A stretch of 40,898 bases of DNA from assembly GCA_023248815.1 (NCBI GenBank), contig JAHFDV010000002.1:1-40898 (forward strand), written 5' to 3'. Of the stretch, positions 1 to 8,968 are shown piece after piece. Below the pieces are notes generated by a model. The model had not been told where the DNA came from. It made no database searches and was given only the letters and a program-made list of their open reading frames with translations. The stretch is from Myxococcales bacterium (lineage in GTDB: Bacteria > Myxococcota_A > Polyangia > Polyangiales > Polyangiaceae). The translations under genes and the position numbers were made by a program. The number at the start of each line of letters is the position of its first letter. Positions within the stretch are counted from its first letter, which is position 1.

Positions 1-269
1 GCGATGCGATAGCCCGAGATGGCGATGGCGGGAGGACCGGACTGCTCGTTTCGGATTCGCGTAAGGAGCACATCACCATCCATGTCGGGTAGCGAGAGAT
101 CGCAGAGCATGAGGTCGACCCCCTCACGCACGAGCTCGGCGAGCGCTTGCGTTCCCGAAGCGGCCGAAACGACGGTCATCCCCTGTTGCTCGAGCGCGAT
201 CGTGAGGAGCTCTCGCATGTCCTCGTCGTCATCCACCAAAAGTACGCGCAATCCTTCGAGCAAAGTCAC
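1..269 (-). CDS. Response regulator receiver (REC) domain protein, N-terminal part only; the gene runs off the window start
   Basis: Minus-strand translation from GTG (267-269) gives VTLLEGLRVLLVDDDEDMRELLTIALEQQGMTVVSAASGTQALAELVREGVDLMLCDLSLPDMDGDVLLTRIRN... This is a CheY-like REC domain with the DD acidic pair and a phospho-acceptor Asp in LMLCDLSLP. It is absent from the ORF track because the window edge truncates it. Confidence 0.8.
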   Translation of the reverse strand, partial: MTLLEGLRVLLVDDDEDMRELLTIALEQQGMTVVSAASGTQALAELVREGVDLMLCDLSLPDMDGDVLLTRIRNEQSGPPAIAISGYRI

Positions 270-514
270 CGCCTTTCCCCAGAGCAATGGTTCATAGCAG
301 CGCGCCCCGAATGCGACGAGGGGTCAGCAATGATTAGGCATAATCAATTCAAGTACTTAGATTAAATTGAAGGGGATGCATCGGCCATTCCGAGGTGTTG
401 GGGAAACCGCGGATTCAAAAACGCCACGCTGCATCCATTTTTCCCCGGGGATTCGTCCGAGTCCTTCGAGATTTCCGAGGTTCTGCGTGATGTGGTGCTG
501 GGCACGCGCAATGC

Positions 515-1450
515 ATGATGCGCTGCGTGCTCAACTTCAACCATCTCCATTACTTTCACGCCGTGGCTGCCGAAGGCTCGATTGTCCGCGCCGCCGAGAA
601 GCTCGGACTCTCCCAACCGACCGTCAGCGAACAGGTGCGCCAACTCGAACGCGCGCTCCAGACCTCGCTCTTTGATCGCACGCCGTCAGGGCTCAAGCTG
701 ACGGATGCGGGTCGCCAAGCGCTGGCGCAGACGAGCGTGATGTTCGGTGCAGCCGAGCGAATGGTTCAGGAGCTCTCCGGCGTGGCGGCGCGTCCCCGCA
801 CGTTGCGAGTCGGCATCAGCAACTCGGCTTCGCGAAGCGTCGCGGCAGATTTCCTCACGCCCCTGCTGAAGATGGAGGAGTGTATTCCGAGCGTGCGTTC
901 GGGCGACTCGCTCGAGCTCCTTCGCCAAGTGCGCGACAGCGAGCTCGATCTCGTTCTCAGCGAAGAGACGCCGCCGTCGATGGAAGGGCTCGCCGTCGTC
1001 GAGATCTATCGTCCGCACTTGATCGCCGTCACGACGCCCGATCGCGCAGAAAAAGCCCCCAACAAGGTGTGGGACGAGCTGCCGATGATTCACTATCTGC
1101 CGGGGTCTCGTTGGCGCTGGATGATCGATTCCTTCTTCAAGACGGGCGGACGCACGCCGCGAGTCATTGCCGAGTCCGATGACGCGCAGTTCATGGTGGA
1201 GGCGGCCATTCGCGGAATGTGCGTCGCCTTCGTGCCTTACTCCGTCGCGCGAGATGCAATTCAGCAGAACAAGCTCCGCGCGATCGCCGCGCTGCCCACC
1301 TCGGATGTCGCGCTAAATGCCTTCAGCAGTGACGGCAAGGGCGTCGCGCACACGCAACGCGCCATCGAGCTTTTGTTGGCGTACGCGCAAGAGAACACGG
1401 AATCGTATCCGGTCACCCTGCGCACGGATCTCGTCAAGACGAAGCACTGA
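515..1450 (+). CDS. LysR-family transcriptional regulator (NhaR-like N-terminal HTH)
   Basis: The N-terminus LNFNHLHYFHAVAAEGSIVRAAEKLGLSQPTVSEQVRQLERALQTSLFDRTPSGLKLTDAG is a canonical LysR wHTH, followed by a substrate-binding-like C-terminal region. It is divergent from the REC gene. The start could be 515, 518 or a few codons later. Confidence 0.9.
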   Translation: MMRCVLNFNHLHYFHAVAAEGSIVRAAEKLGLSQPTVSEQVRQLERALQTSLFDRTPSGLKLTDAGRQALAQTSVMFGAAERMVQELSGVAARPRTLRVGISNSASRSVAADFLTPLLKMEECIPSVRSGDSLELLRQVRDSELDLVLSEETPPSMEGLAVVEIYRPHLIAVTTPDRAEKAPNKVWDELPMIHYLPGSRWRWMIDSFFKTGGRTPRVIAESDDAQFMVEAAIRGMCVAFVPYSVARDAIQQNKLRAIAALPTSDVALNAFSSDGKGVAHTQRAIELLLAYAQENTESYPVTLRTDLVKTKH

Positions 1451-1533
1451 GAGCATGGCCATAGGCGTCGGCCGTGCTCCCCTTCGTCCTTTGGCGAGTC
1501 CGGTTTCCGGACCCGCTCTAAGAACGAACGAAT

Positions 1534-1573
1534 AAAAAGGGCTACGTGACCTTCTCGGTCCGTAGCCCTTTTT
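1534..1573. terminator. Bidirectional rho-independent terminator between convergent genes
   Basis: AAAAA-GGGCTACG (1539-1546), a 14-nt loop, then CGTAGCCC (1561-1568)-TTTTT. It is a perfect 8-bp stem with an A-run on one side and a T-run on the other. It lies between the LysR stop (1450) and the stop of the minus-strand hydrolase (1603). Confidence 0.8.
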
Positions 1574-1602
1574 GCGCTCGCAGCGAACGAGCTCGGCGCG
1601 CG

Positions 1603-4095
1603 CTACTTCACGTCGGAGTTGCTCGCGTCCGCGTCGACGTCGTCGAGATCGCCGTCGCCGTCGTAATCGCGCACGGCAGCGGGAATGTCGGTCCCGAGAA
1701 TGGCGGGAACCTTGCCCTCGAATCCAGCTTGGAAGAACTGGGTCGCGATCGTTTGCAGCGAGCGATAGGGATTCTTCACTTTGATCTTCGTTCCGCTCGG
1801 AATCGGAGAATACGGATCGTTCGTATCCCAACGGCCGAAGGGAATCGCACCGCTGTGCGTCGTGCTCGAGTGGATGAACTCGATGCCGTGACCGCTCGGT
1901 GAGACCTGAATCAAGAACGCCGTCACGCCTGCGACCGGCGTGTCGTGGATGGTTCCGTCCGCGCCCACGGGAACGTCGACGAAGGGAACGCGCCACGCAT
2001 TGTTGGCGATGTTCTTGATGTCCGTGATCTCCGCGTTGGAGCCCACGTTCGGTGCCGCTACGCCGATGCCCGCGGCGCGCATGAAGGCTTCATTTGCGTC
2101 GTTCGGAACGGTCGAGTCGTAGATGACTTCCGTCTGCAAAAAATTGCGCGGCGGAATCTTCACTCCCATGACCTCTCGCGGATCCGTGATGAGGTGCGGC
2201 GCAAAGATCATCGGATCGGCGGGCTCGAGCACGGTTTGGAACACCGAAGCGACGGGGTTCGAAGAGTTGAGGAGGTCGCCCACGAGATCGAAGTTGATCG
2301 CGAGGCCGCCATTCACGAGCGAGTTGATGTCGTAGCTGCCGACGACGAGCTCGGAGACGAGGCCGCCGCCGATGACGCCGAAGATGTAGTTCTTGATTCG
2401 CGGCTCCGTCGCCGCGAAGAGCGAGCCTTCGATCGCACCGAGCGAGTTGCCCTGATACGCGATGCGCGCAGGATCGATCTTGAGCGCTGCGCCCGTCGGT
2501 GAGAGCGGCGTCATGTCGGCGCCGGTGAGCGCGCGCGAAACCTCTGCCATGTCGATGGCGGACTGACGGAACTGATCGCGTGCCGCACCGAGGTTCGCAA
2601 ACGATCCGAAGAGATCCGACGAATCTTGACGTGCACCGGACGAGCTCGCATCACCGATGCCGTCGGGGCCCTTGTAGACGGCGCCCGGCGCGCTTTCGTA
2701 GTCGGTCTTCTTGTCGACGCGCCATCGCTCGTTGCGCGAGCGCGCGCCGAACGTGACGCTATCGATCGCAGCGACGGCCCAACCTTTGGCTGCGAACGTA
2801 TTCGCAATTTGGAGGATGACGTGACGCGAAGCATCGAGCCCGTGCGCGTAGATCACGAGTGGATATCCCTCGGCCGGCATCGGGGTCTTCGGAAGCGTGA
2901 TCGAGACCCAGATCTTTTCTTTGCCGAAGGGAACGTAGACGCCGTTCGCGTCTTTCGTGAACGTCGCAAAGTCCGTCTTCGTGTAGCTATTCGAATTCGA
3001 GCCCGGCGGAACGTTCAAGAACGTCGTCACGTCGACGGCCGCTGTCCCCATCGACAGAATTTGATCGTGCGCGCGCACCGAGATCGAGATGTCGGTGTCG
3101 TCGACGCCGGACGGCAGTTTCTTCGCGGGATCGAACACGCCGAGATAGTCGTCGAGGGTCGCCGTGAAGCCTGCGGGAAGCGGCGTGACACTCGTGAACT
3201 TTTGATTGCCCATCGGCGCGAGCGCTTCGGCGCTCCACTGAAGAACGGGCGCGGGCTGTGCTTCGACGATGTCACGAAGCTTGAAGAGCTCTTTCGAATT
3301 CGTGTTGGTGGTGAAGGGCGCAATGCCGAGGATTTGATCGGCGCCGAGAACCTCGCGGAGACGCTCGTCGACGAGCTTGTAAGCGTCGGAATAAAACTTC
3401 GCGCGCGGCGTGGGCGCGTCGCCGGCAACGATCTTCGTCCACTCGGCCGAGGGCTCGAGGTTGACTCCGCCTTCGCCTTTCACGCGACTCGTGATGACGG
3501 CGGCATAACGATGACCTTCCTTGAGAAGAACGCCGCGCGCGGGACCGACGCCGACCGTCGGGTGCGCGGCCGATCGCGGTCCGTCCGTATGGAAGTACGC
3601 ACGACAGGGAATACGCGCGCTCTCTTTGGCGGCTTCGAGATCGACGAGGAACACGGAGCTCGTGCCCGCAGCGCAGGCGACTTCGCCTTTCGGAATCGTG
3701 TTGCGATCGATCTTCGTGCTCGTGGGGCCAGGGTAAGACTCGTTCGTCGTGCCGCGATCGTCGACGTAAAAGTGCGACATGCCGATGCGCGAGAACCCGT
3801 CCATCTTCGCGAGCTCGTGCGCGATTCGTTCGCTCGAAGAAGGGAGGATGCGCGAAAGGCCCGGGAGCTGCTCCGTGATGTGCCCATCTTGGAGATAGAT
3901 GTCCGAAGGGAAGGGGACATCGAGGAAGGGCGGAAGCGCAGCGTCGGTTCCCAACGCGAAGCGAACCTCGGAGCCCTTCAACACGGGCGTCACGGGAACG
4001 TCGGGCTTGTCGGGATCACCCGAACAGGCGAGCGCGAAAGCAACGGAGAGTGACGGGAAGAAAACGGAACGAAAAAGCGAGGGCATCGCCCGCAA
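1603..4095 (-). CDS. Large secreted lipoprotein with an alpha/beta-hydrolase (lipase/esterase-like) core
   Basis: The 830-aa ORF has a lipoprotein signal MRAMPSLFRSVFFPSLSVAFALAC-SG. It has a hydrolase core with VIYAHGLDASRH and nucleophile elbow YQGNSLGA (GxSxG), and an acidic DYDGDGDLDDVDAD C-terminus. The plus-strand ORF 2626-4053 is an Arg-rich shadow ORF. Confidence 0.75.
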   Translation of the reverse strand: MRAMPSLFRSVFFPSLSVAFALACSGDPDKPDVPVTPVLKGSEVRFALGTDAALPPFLDVPFPSDIYLQDGHITEQLPGLSRILPSSSERIAHELAKMDGFSRIGMSHFYVDDRGTTNESYPGPTSTKIDRNTIPKGEVACAAGTSSVFLVDLEAAKESARIPCRAYFHTDGPRSAAHPTVGVGPARGVLLKEGHRYAAVITSRVKGEGGVNLEPSAEWTKIVAGDAPTPRAKFYSDAYKLVDERLREVLGADQILGIAPFTTNTNSKELFKLRDIVEAQPAPVLQWSAEALAPMGNQKFTSVTPLPAGFTATLDDYLGVFDPAKKLPSGVDDTDISISVRAHDQILSMGTAAVDVTTFLNVPPGSNSNSYTKTDFATFTKDANGVYVPFGKEKIWVSITLPKTPMPAEGYPLVIYAHGLDASRHVILQIANTFAAKGWAVAAIDSVTFGARSRNERWRVDKKTDYESAPGAVYKGPDGIGDASSSGARQDSSDLFGSFANLGAARDQFRQSAIDMAEVSRALTGADMTPLSPTGAALKIDPARIAYQGNSLGAIEGSLFAATEPRIKNYIFGVIGGGLVSELVVGSYDINSLVNGGLAINFDLVGDLLNSSNPVASVFQTVLEPADPMIFAPHLITDPREVMGVKIPPRNFLQTEVIYDSTVPNDANEAFMRAAGIGVAAPNVGSNAEITDIKNIANNAWRVPFVDVPVGADGTIHDTPVAGVTAFLIQVSPSGHGIEFIHSSTTHSGAIPFGRWDTNDPYSPIPSGTKIKVKNPYRSLQTIATQFFQAGFEGKVPAILGTDIPAAVRDYDGDGDLDDVDADASNSDVK

Positions 4096-4096
4096 A

Positions 4097-5020
4097 TTAG
4101 AACCGTTCAGCGAGAAGTGCCACGTCGTTCGGCGAATTTACGCCCTGAAGGAGGAACGGAAGAAGGCGCGGGCTCCGATGCATTTCGCTCTCGAGGCGCG
4201 CAATACTGCGTGCTTGCAGGCGTTCGCGCAGGGCTCTTCGGGCCGCCGCATCGATTTCGCGATCGCCCGGATTCACGCCGCCTTGACCGAGCGTGCCTTC
4301 CAGCAATTGACCAGTTGCCTCGTCGAAAATTGGTGCAAGGACGCCATTCACGACGATTTCGCCGATGGGCAATTGCAGCTCTTTTTCGAGCGCGGAAGCG
4401 AGCTCGAGCGTCTCCGTCACGGGCAGCTCTTCGGGGAGCGTCACGAGAAGGACGTGGCTCTCCTTCGGATTTTTGAACATGTTGTAGGCGCGTTCCGCAT
4501 CGCGACGAAGGAGGCCTGGCGGGACGATGTCGACGATTACTTTTGGAACGCGAAGCATGTCGAGACCGTGTCCCGTTGCGGGCGCATCGAGAATGACGAC
4601 GTCGAAGCGCGGACTTCCATCGGGCAAAATCTCGGTCGTGTGAAACCACGCTTTACCGAGGAGCGTCCACTCTTGGATGCCCGGTACGGCTTTGAAAAAT
4701 GCGCGCACGAATTTGTTGTCGAAGAGAATGCCGTAAAGCATCTTCGATCGCAGCGCGAGCATGCCGTACTCTTCCATCGCGCGCGCGGGATCCATGTTGA
4801 CCGCCGAAATGTTCGGCGCGACCACGACGATGTCTGCCCCGATGGGTGCCGAGGCAAAGAGATCGCTCAAGCGCTCCTTCGCGTTGCACATCGCGATGAG
4901 CACGCGCTTTCCCTCTTTGGCATAGGCAATCGCGCGCGCTGCGGCGACCGACGTTTTGCCAACGCCACCTTTCCCGGTGACGAAAACGAAACGTACCGAG
5001 TCGGACTGCGAACGAGCCAT
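4097..5020 (-). CDS. ArsA/GET3-family P-loop ATPase, single-domain half-size form
   Basis: The internal start MARSQSDSVRFVFVTGKGGVGKTSVAAA carries a deviant Walker A motif (GKGGVGKT). The switch-II-like motif is ILDAPATGH. The tracked ORF 4097-5305 extends upstream across the neighbouring gene, so I trimmed it to the ATG at 5018-5020. Its stop lies 1 nt from the start of the downstream hydrolase, which suggests an operon. Confidence 0.8.
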   Translation of the reverse strand: MARSQSDSVRFVFVTGKGGVGKTSVAAARAIAYAKEGKRVLIAMCNAKERLSDLFASAPIGADIVVVAPNISAVNMDPARAMEEYGMLALRSKMLYGILFDNKFVRAFFKAVPGIQEWTLLGKAWFHTTEILPDGSPRFDVVILDAPATGHGLDMLRVPKVIVDIVPPGLLRRDAERAYNMFKNPKESHVLLVTLPEELPVTETLELASALEKELQLPIGEIVVNGVLAPIFDEATGQLLEGTLGQGGVNPGDREIDAAARRALRERLQARSIARLESEMHRSPRLLPFLLQGVNSPNDVALLAERF

Positions 5021-5049
5021 TTGGGACTGCCCTCGAAATTTCGTGCGCG

Positions 5050-5574
5050 TTACTTCGCGTTCGCGTCGCGGCCGCGCGTGAACACGAAGGGATAACGAAT
5101 CTTCGATTCCATTCCGCGCTGGCTCTCGGGGAACTGGAACGTCTTGATGAAGGTGATGAGGCAGCTCGTCACTTTTTCGTCGGTGAGCGTCGTCTGCTCC
5201 GAGTCGAGCGAGGCCTCGGTGACTTTGCCCTTCACGTCGACCGAGAAGTTGACACTGACCTGACCCTCGAGCTTCGGATTGATCTTCTTGGCGTCGTCGT
5301 AGCACTTGCGCGACTCTTCGCGGCGCGTCTGAATTTGCGCGCGGAGCTCCTCGGGCGAGCGTCCCGGATCCTTCTTCTTGTCGGCTTTCTCTTCGAGCTT
5401 TTGCCCGGCGCCGGCATCGGTCGAGAGCTCGGTCGTCGTCGACGAGGGGGTCGCGCTGCCCGCGGGTGCTCCTACCGAATCAACCGGTGTTTTCGGTTCA
5501 TCTTTGCCACCGCAAGCGATGAAGAGCCCAGAAGCCACGAGGAAACCGGCGAGCGGAAGGATGTTCGTACGCAC
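5050..5574 (-). CDS. Lipoprotein with an AgmX/PglI-type (TonB-C-like) C-terminal domain
   Basis: The signal and lipobox are MRTNILPLAGFLVASGLFIAC-GG, followed by a low-complexity linker. The C-terminus is CYDDAKKINPKLEGQVSVNFSVDVKGKVTEASLDSEQTTLTDEKVTSCLITFIKTFQFPE...IRYPFVF, a pattern typical of the myxobacterial AgmX/PglI C-terminal family. Confidence 0.7.
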   Translation of the reverse strand: MRTNILPLAGFLVASGLFIACGGKDEPKTPVDSVGAPAGSATPSSTTTELSTDAGAGQKLEEKADKKKDPGRSPEELRAQIQTRREESRKCYDDAKKINPKLEGQVSVNFSVDVKGKVTEASLDSEQTTLTDEKVTSCLITFIKTFQFPESQRGMESKIRYPFVFTRGRDANAK

Positions 5575-5594
5575 AATTCGCGTATAACACAGCG

Positions 5595-6050
5595 GTGTCG
5601 CGCGATCGCTCGGTTTTGAAGCGGCTCGTTGTCCTGGGCGGGCTCGTCGCGAGTGGCGCTCTTTTCTGCTGCTCGGACGGCTTCGATCTCCCGAAACCCT
5701 GCGGAACGATTCCCGAGAACGGCTGCCCCGACAAAGGTCAGCAGTGCGCCGATCCCCTGTGCGCCACGCTTTATTCCTGCACGGACGGCGTCTGGCGCTT
5801 CACGATGTCCTGCCCCTTCGATCCCGATGCTGGAGACGCGAGTCGTCCCGAGGCTTCGGCGCCGGTGGAGGCAGGGTTCGATCCCAACGAAGCGAAGTGT
5901 CCATCGCTGGAAGAGCCCGACTGCCCGCGATCGTTCGCGCGCGCGTGCACGAGCGGTTGCTGCGGCTGTGAAGACGTCTTTGCGTGCGAAAACGGCGAAT
6001 GGAGCCTCATCGGCGGCTGCACCGATGGCGGACTCATGCTGTCTCCCTGA
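5595..6050 (+). CDS. Small secreted Cys-rich protein (hypothetical)
   Basis: The signal-like N-terminus is LKRLVVLGGLVASGALFCCS. The protein has about 19 Cys residues, and codon third positions are GC-rich. The start is uncertain (GTG 5595 or TTG 5616), and only 20 bp separate it from the divergent gene. Confidence 0.6.
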   Translation: MSRDRSVLKRLVVLGGLVASGALFCCSDGFDLPKPCGTIPENGCPDKGQQCADPLCATLYSCTDGVWRFTMSCPFDPDAGDASRPEASAPVEAGFDPNEAKCPSLEEPDCPRSFARACTSGCCGCEDVFACENGEWSLIGGCTDGGLMLSP

Positions 6051-6183
6051 GCGGCCCTCTCTCTCTCTCGATCCTCCTCGAATCGCGAAGAACGCGCAGT
6101 TAGCGCTTCTCGAATCGAACTCGAAACGCGAACGCGTTTCCAAACAACAAAGCAGCTGCGATTCAGACTCGTGGCATGTGCGA

Positions 6184-6226
6184 AGCATCCTTCGCGTCGC
6201 TCACCCCAGTGGCGACCGAAGGATGC
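6184..6226 (-). terminator. Strong hairpin just downstream of the GT2 gene; terminator-like but lacks a U-tract
   Basis: GCATCCTTCG (6184-6193) pairs with CGAAGGATGC (6217-6226), with an inner GTCGC/GCGAC extension. It lies 5 nt downstream of the minus-strand stop at 6231-6233. Confidence 0.45.
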
Positions 6227-6230
6227 GCAG

Positions 6231-6938
6231 CTAGCGTTTCTCGAAGCGAAGCGCCCACACGACGCCGACGGCTTCGAGGAAGATCTTGCGGCTCATCTTC
6301 GATTTGCCGGCCGTGCGGTCGACGAAGATAATCGGCACTTCGGTGACTTTCATGCCGCGTTTTGCCGCGCGAAACGTCATTTCGATCTGGAATGAGTAGC
6401 CGTTCGAATGAATGCTCGCGAGATCGATCGTCTCGAGGGCGCGACGGGTGAAGGCCTTGTAGCCGCTCGTGAGATCCTTGATCGGAAGGCCGAGAATCGT
6501 GCGCGAATAAATCGAGCCGCCCTTCGAGATGAAGTGGCGTCCGGGACCCCAGCCTTCGACTCCGCCGCCGGGAATGTTGCGCGAGCCGATGACGACGTCG
6601 GCGCCGTTTTCGAGGGCACGGAAGAAATCGGGCAGGTACCGCACGTCGTGCGAGAGATCGGCGTCCATCTCGAAGAACTGGTCGTAGCCTTCGCCGAGAC
6701 CTTTCGTGAAAGCTTGGATATACGCCGTTCCGAGGCCCTGTTTTCCGGGGCGATGAAGGACGCGAACTTTCGGGTCTTTCTTGGCGATCTCGTCGGCGAT
6801 GTCGCCCGTACCGTCCGGAGAGTTGTCGTCCACGACGAGAATATCCGCCTCTGGAGCCGCTCCGCGAACGGCGGCGATGAAGCGAGGAAGGTTCTCTTTT
6901 TCGTTGTAAGTCGGAGTGACGATCAACGTTTTCGGCAT
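6231..6938 (-). CDS. GT2-family polyprenol-phosphate mannosyl/glycosyl transferase (DPM1/Ppm1-like)
   Basis: MPKTLIVTPTYNEKENL...ILVVDDNSPDGTGDIA...GKQGLGTAYIQAF...FEMDADLSHD... matches the dolichol/polyprenol-phosphate mannose synthase pattern. I trimmed the tracked ORF 6231-7220 to the ATG at 6936-6938. Confidence 0.85.
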   Translation of the reverse strand: MPKTLIVTPTYNEKENLPRFIAAVRGAAPEADILVVDDNSPDGTGDIADEIAKKDPKVRVLHRPGKQGLGTAYIQAFTKGLGEGYDQFFEMDADLSHDVRYLPDFFRALENGADVVIGSRNIPGGGVEGWGPGRHFISKGGSIYSRTILGLPIKDLTSGYKAFTRRALETIDLASIHSNGYSFQIEMTFRAAKRGMKVTEVPIIFVDRTAGKSKMSRKIFLEAVGVVWALRFEKR

Positions 6939-7100
6939 GGTGGACCGGGCTTTAGCACGAGATTGCCAGCCTGCGCATTTCCCAACCGTAGCTGTCGCCA
7001 AATTCCGCCCGGATGGAGCCTCCGACGTCCATTCCCGAGGCCCTGGGAGGAGCGTAGGATCCAGGACGTGCGAAAGAGCACGCCGCCGCCCGGGAAAGTC

Positions 7101-8966
7101 ATGTCGGCTCTGCCACCTCCATCGGTGCGCGGACTGCAGGCCCGCGTCGTCGACTTGGAGCAAGCGTTGGGGCGCGAGATGCGCGTGGGTGCGGCGCTTC
7201 GTGACGTCGGGGCGGCGCAAGCGACGCCGCTCAACTTGGACCAGCAGCTCCAGCTCATGGTGCGCAAGATCTCCGAGGCGCTCGATGCCGAGCGCGCGAC
7301 GCTGTATTTCATCGACGAAGAAGAGGGGACGCTCACCTCACGCGTGCTCCTCGGCGGAAACATTCGCTCGATTCGCCTCAAGGTCGGCGCAGGCATCGCG
7401 GGGCACGTCGCGAAGACGGGGCGCCCGCTCCTCGTCGAAGACGCGTATGCCGATGCTCGTTTCGACCGCAGCTGGGACGAGCGTAGCGGCTACAAAACGC
7501 GCACGCTCGTGACGGCGCCGCTGCTCGATCACAATGGGCGCATCATTGGCGTCGTTCAAGCGCTCAACAAACGTCAAGGCGCGTTTCGACGTGAAGATCT
7601 CTCGCTCCTCGAGGTCCTCGCCGGACAAGCGTCCCTCACGATCGATCACTCGCACGTCATCATCGAGCTCCGCGAGCAGACGCAAGAGTTGCAGCAGACG
7701 AAGGCCGAGCTCGAGCTCCGCGTGCGCGATCTCGACATCCTCGTACGACTCGAAAAAGCGATGGCGCGCGCGGCGTCTTTCGAAGAGCTCGCGCTCTCGG
7801 TTCTCGGTGAAGCGATGCGCACGATCGAAGCGCAGGCCGGCGCGATTGCGTTGCGCGACGCCGAAACGGGGGCGGTGTCGCTCTACGTCGTCGACGACAA
7901 GCACGGCAATCTGCGGCGTTTCCCGCTCAAAGAAGGCCAAGGCCTCGTCGGTCACGCGATGCGCACGGGCGAGCCCATCATGACGGACGCGGCCGATGCG
8001 GACTCTCGTGCCGATCTCACGTTGAACGAGCTCGCCGGCTTCGACTGTACCTCCGCGATCGTCGTTCCGCTCGAAGGCGAAGACCAAGCGTGGACGGGAG
8101 CGATCGCGCTCTACAACAAGCGCGCCGCGGCACGTTCGAAGGAGGAAGACGCCTTTCACGACCGCCGGCGTACCCTCCCGCCGATCATCGTTCCCGCGCG
8201 CTTCTCCGAAGACGATCTCGCACTCATGGTGATGATCACGTCGAACGCTTCGACCGCGATTCAATTGCAGGTTGCACGTGAATTGCGCGAGCGCGACGAA
8301 CGCCTTGGGACGATCGGGCGCTTGCTCTCGGGCGTCATGCACGACCTCAAAACGCCGCTCTCCGTGATCCGCGGCTACGTGCAGTTCATGGTGAAAGAAG
8401 GCCGCGAAGCCAAACGCGAAGAGCAGGCGGGCCACATTTTCAAGCAGTTCGATCACATCAGCGCGATGCAGCGTGACGTCCTCGAGTTCGCACGCGGCGA
8501 GCGAGCGCTCTTCGTTCGCAAAGTGTTTCTCACGAAGTTCTTCGACGAGATTCGCGTCGCGCTCGAGCCGCTGATGGAACGGAACAACATCCAGCTCGTC
8601 GTCGATCTCCAAGAGAATGGCGCCGCCCGTTTCGACGAAGCGCAGATGACGCGCGCGATCAACAATCTCGCGCGCAACGCCGTCGAAGCGATGGGCGAGA
8701 AGGGCGGAACGTTCACGATCAAGTCCACGCGCGATCGCGACGGTGTGCTCGTGTTCGCATTCACCGACACGGGCCCCGGTATTCCCAAGGAGATCGAACA
8801 TCGCCTCTTCCGATCCTTCGTCACGAGCGGCAAAGAGGGCGGAACGGGGCTCGGCCTCGCGATCGTAAGGCGCATCGCAGAAGAGCACGGTGGAAGTGTC
8901 GAAGTGAGCTCGACGCCGCGTGGCGCGACGTTCCGCATCCGTCTGCCCGAACCCGAAGAGAGCTGA
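7101..8966 (+). CDS. Cytoplasmic sensor histidine kinase with two GAF domains
   Basis: The start is MSALPPPS at 7101; the upstream part of tracked ORF 6408-8966 is antisense to the GT2 gene. GAF-like segments are LYFIDEEEGTL...GIAGHVAKTGRPLLVEDAYAD and a second GQGLVGHAMRTGEPI. The kinase core shows H-box SGVMHDLKTPLSVIRGY, N-box INNLARNAVEA, and G-boxes DTGPGIP and GTGLGLAI. Confidence 0.9.
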   Translation: MSALPPPSVRGLQARVVDLEQALGREMRVGAALRDVGAAQATPLNLDQQLQLMVRKISEALDAERATLYFIDEEEGTLTSRVLLGGNIRSIRLKVGAGIAGHVAKTGRPLLVEDAYADARFDRSWDERSGYKTRTLVTAPLLDHNGRIIGVVQALNKRQGAFRREDLSLLEVLAGQASLTIDHSHVIIELREQTQELQQTKAELELRVRDLDILVRLEKAMARAASFEELALSVLGEAMRTIEAQAGAIALRDAETGAVSLYVVDDKHGNLRRFPLKEGQGLVGHAMRTGEPIMTDAADADSRADLTLNELAGFDCTSAIVVPLEGEDQAWTGAIALYNKRAAARSKEEDAFHDRRRTLPPIIVPARFSEDDLALMVMITSNASTAIQLQVARELRERDERLGTIGRLLSGVMHDLKTPLSVIRGYVQFMVKEGREAKREEQAGHIFKQFDHISAMQRDVLEFARGERALFVRKVFLTKFFDEIRVALEPLMERNNIQLVVDLQENGAARFDEAQMTRAINNLARNAVEAMGEKGGTFTIKSTRDRDGVLVFAFTDTGPGIPKEIEHRLFRSFVTSGKEGGTGLGLAIVRRIAEEHGGSVEVSSTPRGATFRIRLPEPEES

Positions 8967-8968
8967 AA

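Noticed and set aside
2626-4053. 475-aa plus-strand ORF
   Set aside because: It is an Arg/Asp/Gly-rich low-complexity shadow ORF antisense to a gene with clear signal peptide and hydrolase motifs. This is typical of high-GC genomes. The same reasoning applies to 3899-5095(+), 7338-9104(-), 10590-11771(+), 10861-12651(-), 13312-14358(-), 35202-36122(+), 36150-37004(+), 38009-39223(+) and 40224-40844(-).
5021-5305. N-terminal extension of the ArsA-like ORF (tracked 4097-5305)
   Set aside because: It overlaps the AgmX/PglI-type lipoprotein gene in another frame and is Arg-rich. The Walker A motif follows immediately after the internal ATG at 5020.
6087-6250. 33-bp imperfect duplicate of the GT2 gene 3' end (6087-6119 versus 6218-6250, 27/33 identical)
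   Set aside because: It is short and imperfect, with no associated ORF or mobile-element signature. It is most likely a local duplication relic or chance similarity in GC-rich DNA, so I did not pursue it.
6408-7100. N-terminal 231-aa extension of the histidine kinase ORF (tracked as 6408-8966)
   Set aside because: The extension is antisense to the well-supported GT2 gene and has no domain content. The kinase starts at the ATG at 7101.
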